Both the position numbers and the translations under genes were made by a program. The notes beneath the pieces are model-generated. The model saw only the letters and a program-made list of their open reading frames with translations. It made no database searches and had not been told where the DNA came from. A stretch of 64,000 nucleotides of DNA from NCBI RefSeq assembly GCF_009914755.1, contig NC_060948.1; one strand, 5' to 3'. Source of the DNA: the human T2T-CHM13v2.0 reference genome, Homo sapiens. The first letter of the stretch is position 1; every line of letters begins with the position of its first letter. Positions 1 to 17,402 of the stretch are shown here, piece after piece.

Positions 1-668
1 ATGGAATGGAAATTAATGGAATGGAATGGAATCGAATGAAATGGAGTCAAAAGGAATGGAATCGAATGGCAAGAAATCGAATGTAATGGAATCGCAAGGA
101 ATTGATGTGAACGGAACGGAATGGAATGGAATCCAAAGGAATGGAATAGAATGGAATGGAATCGAATGGAAAGGACTCGAATGGAAATCACTCGAATAGA
201 ATGCAATTTAATAAAATAGGATCAAATGTAATAGAATGGAATGGAAAGGAATCGAAACGAAAGGAATGGAGACAGATGGAATGGAATGGAACAGAGAGCA
301 ATGGTATAGAATGGAATGGAATCATCTGGAATGGAATTGAATGGAATGGAATGATATGAAATGGAATGGAATGGAATGGAATGGAATGCCCTTGAATTAA
401 ATGGACTGGACTCGAACAGAGTGGAATGGAAAGTGTTGAGATAGAATGGAATGGACTCCTTTGGAATGGTCTAGTATGCAATGCAATCGACTGGTAGGGA
501 ATCAAATGGAATGTAATCGAATGGATTGGACTGGAATGCAATGGACTCGAATAGATTGGAAACGGAATGCAAAGGAATGGAATGGATTAGTATGGAATGG
601 AATGGAAAGGAATGGAGTGGAATAGACTAGAGTGGAATGGAATGGACTGGAAAGCTATGGACTGGAAT

Positions 669-683
669 GGAACATTCTTGAAT
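669..683. promoter_or_regulatory. Candidate heat-shock element nGAAnnTTCnnGAAn (also 4193-4207 and 7742-7756)
   Basis: GAAcaTTCttGAA here and GAActTTCttGAA in the other two copies. Motif match only. Confidence 0.45.
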
Positions 684-2911
684 GGACTGGAATCAAACGG
701 AATGGAATGCAATGCAATCAAATGGCATGGAATAAAATAGAATGAAAGAGAATCAAATGGAATTGAATCGAATGGAATCGAATGGATTGGAAAGGAATAG
801 AATGGAATGGAATGGAATTGACTCAAATGGAATGGACTAGAATGGAATGGATTCGAATGGAAGGCAAAGGAATGGAATCTATTGGAATGGACTGTAATGG
901 AATGGAATGGAAGGGATTGGAATGGACTCGAATGGAATGGACTGCAATAGAAAGGATTCGAATGGAATGAAAAAGAATTGAATGGAATAGAACAGAATGG
1001 AATCAAATCGAATGAAATGGAATGGAATAGAAAGGAATGGAATGAAATGGAATGGAAAGGATTCGAATGTAATGCAATCGAATGGAATGGAATCGAACGG
1101 AATGGAATAAAATGGAAGAAAACTGGCAAGAAATGGAATCGAAATGAATGGAGTGTTATGGAACGGACTCAAAAGGAATTGAATGTAATAGAATGGAGTG
1201 GAGTGGACTCGAATATAATGGACTGGAATGGAATGAAATCACATGGAATGGGAACGAATGGAATGGAATGGAAAGGAATGGAATCGAATGGAAAGGAATC
1301 GAATGGAAGGGAATGAAATTGAATCAACAGGAATGGAAGGGAATAGAATAGACGGTAATGGAATGGACTCGAATAGAATGGACACGAATGCTCAAATTGA
1401 ATGGACTCGAATGGAATGGAAACGAAAGGAATGTCATCGAATGGAATTGAATCGATTGGAATGAAATAGCATAGAATGGAGTGGAATCAAATGGAATTGA
1501 ATCGAAAGGAAAGGAAGCGAATGGACTGAAATGAAATGGAATGGAATTGAATAGAAAGTTATGTAATGGAATAGAATGGAACGAAATTTCACGGAATGCA
1601 ATCAAACTGAATGGAATCAAATCAATGGAATCAAACCAAATGGAATGGAAAGGAATTGAATGGAGTAGATTGGATTGGATGGGATTGGAATGAAATGTAC
1701 TGGAAAGGACTCGAATTTCATGAAACGGAATGGAATGAATTGGAACGGAACGGACTCGAATGGAATGGAATGTCATGGAATGGCATCAAATGGAATGGCA
1801 TCAAATGGAATGGAATCGAATGCAATGGAGGGCTATGGAATGGAATGGAATGCATTGGAATGGAATGTCCTCTAATGGAATGGATTCGAGTGGAATGGAA
1901 TCGAATATAATGGAGTCGAATGAAATGGAATTGAAAGGAATGGGATCGAATATAATGGAATATACTGGAATGTAATGTAATGAACTCGAATGTAATTGAC
2001 TGGAATGGAATGTACATGAATGGAATGTAATCGAATGGAAAGTAATCCAATGGAATAGAATCTAATGCAATAAAATCGACTCAGATAGAGTAGAATGTAA
2101 TGGAATGGAGTGCAGTGCAATGGAATGGAATGGAATGGAATGCAATGGAATGGAATGGAATGGAATGGAATGCAATGGGATGGTGTGGAATGGATAGTAA
2201 TGGACTAGAGTGAAATGGACTGGAAAGGAATGGACTCAAATTGAAAGGGCTCGAAAGGAATGGAGTCAAATGGAATGGTCTGGAATGGAATGAACACGAA
2301 TGTAATGCAATCCAATAGAATGGAATCGAATGGCATGGAATATAAAGAAATGGAATCGAAGAGAATGGAAACAAATGGAATGGAATTGAATGGAATGGAA
2401 TTGAATGGAATGGGAACGAATGGAGTGAAATTGTATGCAGTAGAAGAGAATAGAATGGAATGCAAGCGAAAGGAAAGGAATGGATTGGAATGGAATGGAA
2501 TTCATTGGAATGGAAGGGAATGCAGTGTAATGGACAGGCCTGGAATAAAGTGGAATGCTACGGTCTCGAATGGAATAAAAATGTATGGAATGGAATGCAA
2601 TGAAACGGAATCGAATGTCATAGAATGTAATGGAATGCAAAAAAATGGAATCCAAAATCATTGACTGGAAAGGCTGGGTGTCGAAAGGAATTGACTCCAA
2701 TGGAATGGAATCGAATGGAATGGAAGTGAATAGAATCGAACTAAATCGAATGGAATGGAATTGATAGGAACGGAATGGAAAGGAATGCAATGATTTGGCA
2801 TGGAATGCAATCGAATGGCATCGAATGGAATGGAATGGAATGCAATGGAATGGAATGTATTAGAATGTAATGAACTTTAATGGTATGTACTCGAATGGAT
2901 TCGACTGGAAT

Positions 2912-2926
2912 GGAATGTTCTGGAAG
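2912..2926. promoter_or_regulatory. Candidate heat-shock element (also 6441-6455)
   Basis: GAAtgTTCtgGAA. Motif match only. Confidence 0.45.
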
Positions 2927-3191
2927 TGAATGGACTCCAATGGAATGGATTCCAAAGGAATGGAATCGTACGGAATGGAATCTAATGGAATGGAATTAAA
3001 TGGAAATGAATCAAATTGAATAGCACGGAATTGAATTGAATGGAATCGAATGCAATGGAATCTAATGAAACGGAAAGGAAAGGAATGGAATGGAATGGAA
3101 TGGGCTGGAATGGAAAGGAATCGAAACGAATGGAATGGAATCGAACTGAAGAGACTGGAATGGAATGCACTGGAATGGAAGGGAGTGTAAT

Positions 3192-3206
3192 GGAAGGTTC
3201 TCGAAA
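3192..3206. promoter_or_regulatory. Candidate heat-shock element (also 6721-6735)
   Basis: GAAggTTCtcGAA. Motif match only. Confidence 0.45.
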
Positions 3207-6026
3207 AAAATGGAATCGAATGGAATGGAATTGAATGGAACGGAATAGAGTCGAATGGAATTGAATGGAATGGAATGGACTAGAGTGAAATGGAATCGAA
3301 CCACAAGGAATGGACAGGAATAGAATGGTCTCGAATTGAATGGAATCGTATGGAATGGCATCAAACGGAATGGAATGCACTCGAATGCAATGGAGTCAAA
3401 ACTAATGGACTGGAATAGAATGGACTCGACTGGTACGGACTCCAATGGAATGGAATCGAATGGAAGGGAATCGAACGGAATGGACTCGAAGGGAAAAGAC
3501 TGCAATGGAAAGGTCTCGAATGGAATGGAAATTAATGGAATGGAATGGAATCGAATGAAATGGAGTCAAAAGGAATGGAATTGAATGGCAAGAAATCGAA
3601 TGTAATGGAATCGCAAGGAATTGATGTGAACGGAACGGAATGGAATGGAATCCAAAGGAATGGAATAGAATGGAATGGAATCGAATGGAAAGGACTCGAA
3701 TGGAAATCACTCGAATAGAATGCAATTTAATAAAATAGGATCAAATGTAATGGAATGGAATGGAAAGGAATCGAAACGAAAGGAATGGAGACAGATGGAA
3801 TGGAATGGAACAGAGAGCAATGGTATAGAATGGAATGGAATCATCTGGAATGGAATTGAATGGAATGGAATAACATGAAATGGACTGGAATGGAATGGAA
3901 TGCCCTTGAATTAAATGGACTGGAATGGAATGGACTCGAACAGAGTGGAATGGAAAGTGTTGAAATAGAATGGAATGGACTGGTTTGGAATGGTCTAGTA
4001 TGCAATGCAATCGACTGGCAGGGAATCAAAAGGAATGTAATCGAATGGATTGGACTGGAATGCAATGGACTCGAATAGATTGGAAACGGAATGCAAAGGA
4101 ATGGAATGGAATAGTATGGAATGGAATGGAAAGGAATGGAGTGGAATAGACTAGAGTGGAATGGAATGGACTCGAAAGCAATGGACTGGAATGGAACTTT
4201 CTTGAATGGACTGGAATCAAACGGAATGGAATGCAATGCAATCAAATGGCATGGAATAAAATAGAATGAAAGAGAATCAAATGGAATTGAATCGAATGGA
4301 ATCGAATGGATTGGAAAGGAATAGAATGGAATGGAATGGAATTGACTCAAATGGAATGGACTAGAATGGAATGGATTCGAATGGAAGGCAAAGGAATGGA
4401 ATCTATTGGAATGGACTGTAATGGAATGGAATGGAAGGGATTGGAATGGACTCGAATGGAATGGACTGCAATAGAAAGGATTCGAATGGAATGAAAAAGA
4501 ATTGAATGGAATAGAACAGAATGGAATCAAATCGAATGAAATGGAATGGAATAGAAAGGAATGGAATGAAATGGAATGGAAAGGATTCGAATGGAATGCA
4601 ATCGAATGGAATGGAATCGAACGGAATGGAATAAAATGGAAGAAAACTGGCAAGAAATGGAATCGAAATGAATGGAGTGTTATGGAACGGACTCAAAAGG
4701 AATTGAATGTAATAGAATGGAGTGGAGTGGACTCGAATATAATGGACTGGAATGGAATGAAATCACATGGAATGGGAACGAATGGAATGGAATGGAAAGG
4801 AATGGAATCGAATGGAAAGGAATCGAATGGAAGGGAATGAAATTGAATCAACAGGAATGGAAGGGAATAGAATAGACGGTAATGGAATGGACTCGAATAG
4901 AATGGACACAAATGCTCAAATTGAATGGACTCGAATGGAATGGAAACGAAAGGAATGTCATCGAATGGAATTGAATCGATTGGAATGAAATCGCATAGAA
5001 TGGAGTGGAATCAAATGGAATTGAATCGAAAGGAAAGGAAGCGAATGGACTGAAATGAAATGGAATGGAATTGAATGGAAAGTTATGTAATGGAATAGAA
5101 TGGAACGAAATTTCACGGAATGGAATCAAACTGAATGGAATCAAATCAATGGAATCAAATCAAATGGAATGGAAAGGAATTGAATGGAGTAGATTGGATT
5201 GGATGGGATTGGAATGAAATGTACTGGAAAGGACTCGAATTTCATGAAACGGAATGGAATGAATTGGAACGGAACGGACTCGAATGGAATGGAATGTCAT
5301 GGAATGGCATCAAATGGAATGGCATCAAATGGAATGGAATCCAATGCAATGGAGTGCTATGGAATGGAATGGAATGCATTGGAATGGAATGTCCTCTAAT
5401 GGAATGGATTCGAGTGGAATGGAATCGAATATAATGGAGTCGAATGAAATGGAATTGAAAGGAATGGGATCGAATACAATGGAATATACTGGAATGTAAT
5501 GTAATGAACTCGAATGTAATTGACTGGAATGGAATGTATATGAATGGAATGTAATTGAATGGAAAATAATCCAATGGAATAGAATCTAATGCAATAAAAT
5601 CGACTCAGATAGAGTAGAATGTAATGGAATGGAGTGCAGTGCAATGGAATGGAATGGAATGGAATGCAATGGAATGGAATGGAATGGAATGGAATGGGAT
5701 GGAATGGAATGGAATGGGATGTAATGGTGTGGAATGGATAGTAATGGACTGGAGTGAAATGGACTGGAAAGGAATGGACTCAAATTGAAAGGGCTCGAAA
5801 GGAATGGAGTCAAATGGAATGGTCTGGAATGGAATGAACACGAATGTAATGCAATCCAATAGAATGGAATCGAATGGCATGGAATATAAAGAAATGGAAT
5901 CGAAGAGAATGGAAACAAATGGAATGGAATTGAATGGAATGGGAACGAATGGAGTGAAATTGTATGCAGTAGAAGAGAATAGAATGGAATGCAAGCGAAA
6001 GGAAAGGAATGGATTGGAATGGAATG

Positions 6027-9000
6027 GAATTCATTGGAATGGAAGGGAATGTAGTGTAATGGACAGGCCTGGAATAAAGTGGAATGCTACGGTCTCGAAT
6101 GGAATAAAAATGTATGGAATGGAATGCAATGAAACGGAATCGAATGTCATAGAATGTAATGGAATGCAAAAAAATGGAATCCAAAATCATTGACTGGAAA
6201 GGCTGGGTGTCGAAAGGAATTGACTCCAATGGAATGGAATCGAATGGAATGGAAGTGAATAGAATCGAACTAAATCGAATGGAATGGAATTGATAGGAAC
6301 GGAATGGAAAGGAATGCAATGATTTGGCATGGAATGCAATCGAATGGCATCGAATGGAATGGAATGGAATGCAATGGAATGGAATGTATTAGAATGTAAT
6401 GAACTTTAATGGAATGTACTCGAATGGATTCGACTGGAATGGAATGTTCTGGAAGTGAATGGACTCCAATGGAATGGATTCCAAAGGAATGGAATCGTAC
6501 GGAATGGAATCTAATGGAATGGAATTAAATGGAAATGAATCAAATTGAATAGCACGGAATTGAATTGAATGGAATGGAATGCAATGGAATCTAATGAAAC
6601 GGAAAGGAAAGGAATGGAATGGAATGGAATGGGCTGGAATGGAAAGGAATCGAAACGAATGGAATGGAATCGAACTGAAGAGACTGGAATGGAATGCACT
6701 GGAATGGAAGGGAGTGTAATGGAAGGTTCTCGAAAAAAATGGAATCGAATGGAATGGAATTGAATGGAACGGAATAGAGTCGAATGGAATTGAATGGAAT
6801 GGAATGGACTAGAGTGAAATGGAATCGAACCACAAGGAATGGACAGGAATAGAATGGTCTCGAATTGAATGGAATCGTATGGAATGGCATCAAACGGAAT
6901 GGAATGGACAGCCACGGAATGGAATGCACTCGAATGCAATGGAGTCGAAACTAATGGACTGGAATAGAATGGACTCGACTGGTACGGACTCCAATGGAAT
7001 GGAATCGAATGGAAGGGAATCGAACGGAATGGACTCGAAGGGAAAAGACTGCAATGGAGAGGTCTCGAATGGAATGGAAATTAATGGAATGGAATGGAAT
7101 CGAATGAAATGGAGTCAAAAGGAATGGAATCGAATGGCAAGAAATCGAATGTAATGGAATCGCAAGGAATTGATGTGAACGGAACGGAATGGAATGGAAT
7201 CCAAAGGAATGGAATAGAATGGAATGGAATCGAATGGAAAGGACTCGAATGGAAATCACTCGAATAGAATGCAATTTAATAAAATAGGATCAAATGTAAT
7301 GGAATGGAATGGAAAGGAATCGAAACGAAAGGAATGGAGACAGATGGAATGGAATGGAACAGAGAGCAATGGTATAGAATGGAATGGAATCATCTGGAAT
7401 GGAATTGAATGGAATGGAATAACATGAAATGGACTGGAATGGAATGGAATGCCCTTGAATTAAATGGACTGGAATGGAATGGACTCGAACAGAGTGGAAT
7501 GGAAAGTGTTGAAATAGAATGGAATGGACTGGTTTGGAATGGTCTAGTATGCAATGCAATCGACTGGCAGGGAATCAAAAGGAATGTAATCGAATGGATT
7601 GGACAGGAATGAAATGGACTCGAATAGATTGGAAACGGAATGCAAAGGAATGGAATGGAATAGTATGGAATGGAATGGAAAGGAATGGAGTGGAATAGAC
7701 TAGAGTGGAATGGAATGGACTCGAAAGCAATGGACTGGAATGGAACTTTCTTGAATGGACTGGAATCAAACGGAATGGAATGCAATGCAATCAAATGGCA
7801 TGGAATAAAATAGAATGAAAGAGAATCAAATGGAATTGAATCGAATGGAATCGAATGGATTGGAAAGGAATAGAATGGAATGGAATGGAATTGACTCAAA
7901 TGGAATGGACTAGAATGGAATGGATTCGAATGGAAGGCAAAGGAATGGAATCTATTGGAATGGACTGTAATGGAATGGAATGGAAGGGATTGGAATGGAC
8001 TCGAATGGAATGGACTGCAATAGAAAGGATTCGAATGGAATGAAAAAGAATTGAATGGAATAGAACAGAATGGAATCAAATCGAATGAAATGGAATGGAA
8101 TAGAAAGGAATGGAATGAAATGGAATGGAAAGGATTCGAATGGAATGCAATCGAATGGAATGGAATCGAACGGAATGGAATAAAATGGAAGAAAACTGGC
8201 AAGAAATGGAATCGAAATGAATGGAGTGTTATGGAACGGACTCAAAAGGAATTGAATGTAATAGAATGGAGTGGAGTGGACTCGAATATAATGGACTGGA
8301 ATGGAATGGGAACGAATGGAATGGAATGGAAAGGAATGGAATCGAATGGAAAGGAATCGAATGGAAGGGAATGAAATTGAATCAACAGGAATGGAAGGGA
8401 ATAGAATAGACGGTAATGGAATGGACTCGAATAGAATGGACACGAATGCTCAAATTGAATGGACTCGAATGGAATGGAAACGAAAGGAATGTCATCGAAT
8501 GGAATTGAATCGATTGGAATGAAATCGCATAGAATGGAGTGGAATCAAATGGAATTGAATCGAAAGGAAAGGAAGCGAATGGACTGAAATGAAATGGAAT
8601 GGAATTGAATGGAAAGTAATGCAATGGAATAGAATGGAACGAAATTTCACGGAATGGAATCAAACTGAATGGAATCAAATCAATGGAATCAAATCAAATG
8701 GAATTGAAAGGAATTGAATGGAGTAGATTGGATTGGATGGGATTGGAATGAAATGTACTGGAAAGGACTCGAATTTCATGAAACGGAATGGAATGAATTG
8801 GAACGGAATGGACTCGAATGGAATGGAATGTCATGGAATGGCATCAAATGGAATGGCATCAAATGGAATGGAATCGAATGTAATGGAATGGAATGCATTG
8901 GAATGGAATGTCCTCTAATGGAATGGATTCGAGTGGAATGGAATCGAATATAATGGAGTCGAATGAAATGGAATTGAAAGGAATGGGATCGAATACAATG

Positions 9001-9105
9001 GAATATACTGGAATGTAATGTAATGAACTCGAATGTATTTGACTGGAATGGAATGTACATGAATGGAATGTAATCGAATGGAAAGTAATCCAATGGAATA
9101 GAATC
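6027..9105. repeat. Truncated terminal DYZ1 unit ending at the DYZ2 junction
   Basis: Follows the previous unit up to GTAATCCAATGGAATAGAATC. It then lacks the TAATGCAATAAAATCG continuation seen near 2062 and 5587. Confidence 0.9.
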
Positions 9106-10147
<1,042 letters not shown>

Positions 10148-10725
10148 AGATCCATATTTTTTAAATGAAAAAAAATTTCAAAGGTACTCTGCTTGGTACA
10201 ATAATCAAATGTATAAACTGAGGAATAAAACATAACCATGAAACCTACTTATAACTGCATAAGGAAAATACAGAGGATAATTTTTTAAATAACATATTTT
10301 GAAAGCCTTAACTAGTAATTTGAAGAGTTGGCATTTGAAAGGCCAGTATGAATATACCTTCAAAGCAGCAACACAGGTTCCCCATGAGAAAAAGCAAACT
10401 CAGGGAAAATAAAACCACAAAGGTTCAATCTCTTCTGACCTTTGAAAGACACAGCACAGACAGTGGTCCTTAGGACGAAGAGCAGGAGACCCCTAATTCC
10501 GTCACCATGGCGATAGGGCATAAACATTGCTGGGTGAGGGCACAATCCACCTTGTGGGGTCCAACTGCTGCCAGGAAGACAGGAGGGCTTTTACATAGAC
10601 CGAAAAGTCATTGAAGGCTCAGAGTTTTGTTTCAAGAACTGAATCCCAAGCCCACACGTTATTAGGCTGCGCTTCTTAAAACAAGTTATGAGATGGGAAA
10701 AAGGGCACCCACAAACATACGTATA
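10148..10725. repeat. HSATI-type higher-complexity segment of the DYZ2 unit (representative copy; one follows each of the 23 Alus)
   Basis: A ~575 bp non-Alu segment of higher GC lies between the Alu and the AT-rich domain and is nearly identical in every unit. The name comes from the known DYZ2 composition, and the right boundary is approximate. Confidence 0.75.
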
Positions 10726-12565
<1,840 letters not shown>

Positions 12566-14668
12566 AGATCCATATTTTTTAAATGAAAAAAAATTTCAAA
12601 GGTACTCTGCTTGGTACAATAATCAAATGTATAAACTGAGGAATAAAACATAACCATGAAACCTACTTATAACTGCATATGGAAAATACAGAGGATAATT
12701 TTTTAAATAACATATTTTGAAAGCCTTAACTAGTAATTTGAAGAGTTGGCATTTGAAAGGCCAGTATGAATATACCTTCAAAGCAGCAACACAGGTTCCC
12801 CATGAGTAAAAGCAAACTCAGGGAAAATAAAACCACAAAGGTTCAATCTCTTCTGACCTTTGAAAGACACAGCACAGACAGTGGTCCTTAGGAAGAAGAG
12901 CAGGAGACCCCTAATTCCGTCACCATGGCGATAGGGCATAAACATTGCTGGGTGAGGGCACAATCCACATTGTGAGGTCCAAGTGCTGCCAGGAAGACAG
13001 GAGGGCTTTTACATAGACCGAAAGGTCATTGAAGGCTCAGAGTTTTGTTTCAAGAACTGAATCCCAAGCCCACACGTTATTAGGCTGCGCTTCTTAAAAC
13101 AAGTTATGAGATGGGAAAAAGGGCACCCACAAACATACGTATACATTATGTATATAATAATATACAGTATCATATATATAATATATATAACCTATGTATA
13201 ATATTGTTTTACATCCTGCATCTTATGTTATATATATTGTATAAAATATAATAATTGATAATATATAAGTTTTATATTTATACAATATGACATATAGTAT
13301 ATATTATAATTTATGACATATATAATATATGTTATATATCATATATAGAATATATTATACGGTTAATATACGTATTAAATATAAATTATACATTATATAT
13401 ATTATATATAATATATCTGTTATATATAATACCCATTATGCATAATATATATATTATGTCTATGATATATATAGTATAAAACAACATATAATAATATATA
13501 ATTGTATATATAAAATGCGACATATAATATATATTATATTTTATGACATATGTAATATATATTATATATTATATATAATGCGTTGTATGTATAATACCTA
13601 TATTAAATATATATTACATGACTATGTTATTAATTACATGTCACATGTGTTATATATTATTTATTTTACATAGAATATACCGGTTACATACAATATATAG
13701 TATGTTACCTATAATGTATAATTTATTACATGTAAAATAAAGAATGCAATATATTATATATAATTTATAATATACAATATGTGGAATGTGATATATATAA
13801 CATATAATATATGATATATGATATAGAGTATATGATATATAACATACAATATATGATACCTAATATATATGATATACAATATATATTTTATGATATGTAT
13901 TCTATATGTTATATATTCTGTTATATATAACTGTTTGAAATTATATATAACTGTATAATATTTTAGGTAAATATGTAATATAATATATATAACTTTATAA
14001 TATATTATATATAACTATATATTATGTTACATATACTTTTATAACATAATTTACATAAAATATCATAATATAATATATATTATATTATTTCATATTACAT
14101 AATATATATTACATATCACCCAATATAAGTAACATACCTAATATTATAATATAGATTATATTATGTTATATTAAATATCATATATATCATGTATCATATA
14201 TTCTATAATATATATTATACATTATATAATATGTATGTTGTCTATTATGTGATATATATAACTATATATAATTATATTATTATACATATAACTAGATAAA
14301 CATGTAATTCTACATATTTTCATTTATAATATATAGAATTATATAATCATATATAATTATTTATATTCTATAAAAAATTATATCATTATATAAATTAGAA
14401 TATATAAAAATTATAATATGTACTACAAACATATATATTATATATCATATATGATATAGTACCTTTGTTATATATCATAATACATATAAATGTGTATTAT
14501 GTTATCTATAATTATATAATTTCATATATAAGATGTATAATATGTATTATTTATTATATACGTTATGTAATATATATAGTATATATAAGCTGACACAGGA
14601 TAAATATTATATACTATGACATATAAAATATATGAGGTTATATGTTACATATAAGGCATAGCACATAA

Positions 14669-14983
<315 letters not shown>

Positions 14984-17088
14984 AGATCCATATTTTTTAA
15001 ATGAAAAAAAATTTCAAAGGTACTCTGCTTGGTACAATAATCAAATGTATAAACTGAGGAATAAAACATAACCATGAAACCTACTTATAACTGCATATGG
15101 AAAATACAGAGGATAATTTTTTAAATAACATATTTTGAAAGCCTTAACTAGTAATTTGAAGAGTTGGCATTTGAAAGGCCAGTATGAATATACCTTCAAA
15201 GCAGCAACACAGGTTCCCCATGAGAAAAAGCAAACTCAGGGAAAATAAAACCACAAAGGTTCAATCTCTTCTGACCTTTGAAAGACACAGCACAGACAGT
15301 GGTCCTTAGGAAGAAGAGCAGGAGACCCCTAATTCCGTCACCATGGCGATAGGGCATAAACATTGCTGGGTGAGGGCACAATCCACATTGTGAGGTCCAA
15401 GTGCTGCCAGGAAGACAGGAGGGCTTTTACATAGACCGAAAGGTCATTGAAGGCTCAGAGTTTTGTTTCAAGAACTGAATCCCAAGCCCACACGTTATTA
15501 GGCTGCGCTTCTTAAAACAAGTTATGAGATGGGAAAAAGGGCACCCACAAACATACGTATACATTATGTATATAATAATATACAGTATCATATATATAAT
15601 ATATATAACCTATGTATAATATTGTTTTACATCCTGCATCTTATGTTATATATATTGTATAAAATATAATAATTGATAATATATAAGTTTTATATTTATA
15701 CAATATGACATATAGTATATATTATAATTTATGACATATATAATATATGTTATATATCATATATAGAATATATTATACGGTTAATATACGTATTAAATAT
15801 AAATTATACATTATATATATTATATATAATATATCTGTTATATATAATACCCATTATGCATAATATATATATTATGTCTATGATATATATAGTATAAAAC
15901 AACATATAATAATATATAATTGTATATATAAAATGCGACATATAATATATATTATATTTTATGACATATGTAATATATATTATATATTATATATAATGCG
16001 TTGTATGTATAATACCTATATTAAATATATATTACATGACTATGTTATTAATTACATGTCACATGTGTTATATATTATTTATTTTACATAGAATATACCG
16101 GTTACATACAATATATAGTATGTTACCTATAATGTATAATTTATTACATGTAAAATAAAGAATGCAATATATTATGTATAATTTATAATATACAATATGT
16201 GGAATGTGATATATATAACATATAATATATGATATATGATATAGAGTATATGATATATAACATACAATATATGATACCTAATATATATGATATACAATAT
16301 ATATTTTATGATATGTATTCTATATGTTATATATTCTGTTATATATAACTGTTTGAAATTATATATAACTGTATAATATTTTAGGTAAATATGTAATATA
16401 ATATATATAACTTTATAATATATTATATATAACTATATATTATGTTATATATACTTTTATAACATAATTTACATAAAATATCATAATATAATATATATTA
16501 TATTATTTCATATTACATAATATATATTACATATCACCCAATATAAGTAACATACATAATATTATAATATAGATTATATTATGTTATATTAAATCTCATA
16601 TATATCATGTATCATATATTCTATAATATATATTATACATTATATAATATGTATGTTGTCTATTATGTGATATATATAACTATATATATAATTATATTAT
16701 TATACATATAACTAGATAAAGATGTAATTCTACATATTTTCATTTATAATATATAGAATTATATAATAATATATAATTATTTATATTCTATTAAAAATTA
16801 TATCATTATATAAATTATAATATATAAAAATTATAATATGTACTACAAATATATATATTATATATCATATATGATATAGTACCTTTGTTATATATCATAA
16901 TACATATAAATGTGTATTATGTTATCTATAATTATATAATTTCATATATAAGATGTATAATATGTATTATTTATTATATATGTTATGTAATATATATAGT
17001 ATATATAAGCTGACACAGGATAAATATTATATACTATGACATATAAAATATATGAGGTTATATGTTACATATAAGGCATAGCACATAA

Positions 17089-17402
<314 letters not shown>

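Larger units (their letters stand above)
2498..6026. repeat. One complete DYZ1 unit, EcoRI to EcoRI (3529 bp)
   Basis: GAATTC at 2498 and 6027 in identical context (GGAATGGAATTCATTGGAATGGAAGGG). Confidence 0.9.
1..9105. repeat. DYZ1: HSat3 / DYZ1 satellite array (GGAAT strand on +), ~3.52-3.55 kb unit, begins before the window
   Basis: Continuous diverged GGAAT pentamers. Unique landmarks recur at 3519-3549 bp (repeated ORFs 156/3675/7224 and 782/4306/7855). I saw one EcoRI site (2498, 6027) and one HaeIII site (2537, 6066) per unit, consistent with the classical ~3.4-3.5 kb Y repeat. Confidence 0.96.

Noticed and set aside
10360-10545. 61 aa minus-strand ORF recurring in 22 of 23 DYZ2 units
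   Set aside because: It has a non-ATG start and no recognisable domain. Recurrence reflects DNA identity, many variants are non-synonymous, and unit 18 carries a stop near 51617.
10148-10725. Promoter, TATA or polyadenylation signals in the HSATI segment
   Set aside because: AATAAA and TATA matches are expected by chance at this AT content, and no transcript evidence is available from sequence alone.
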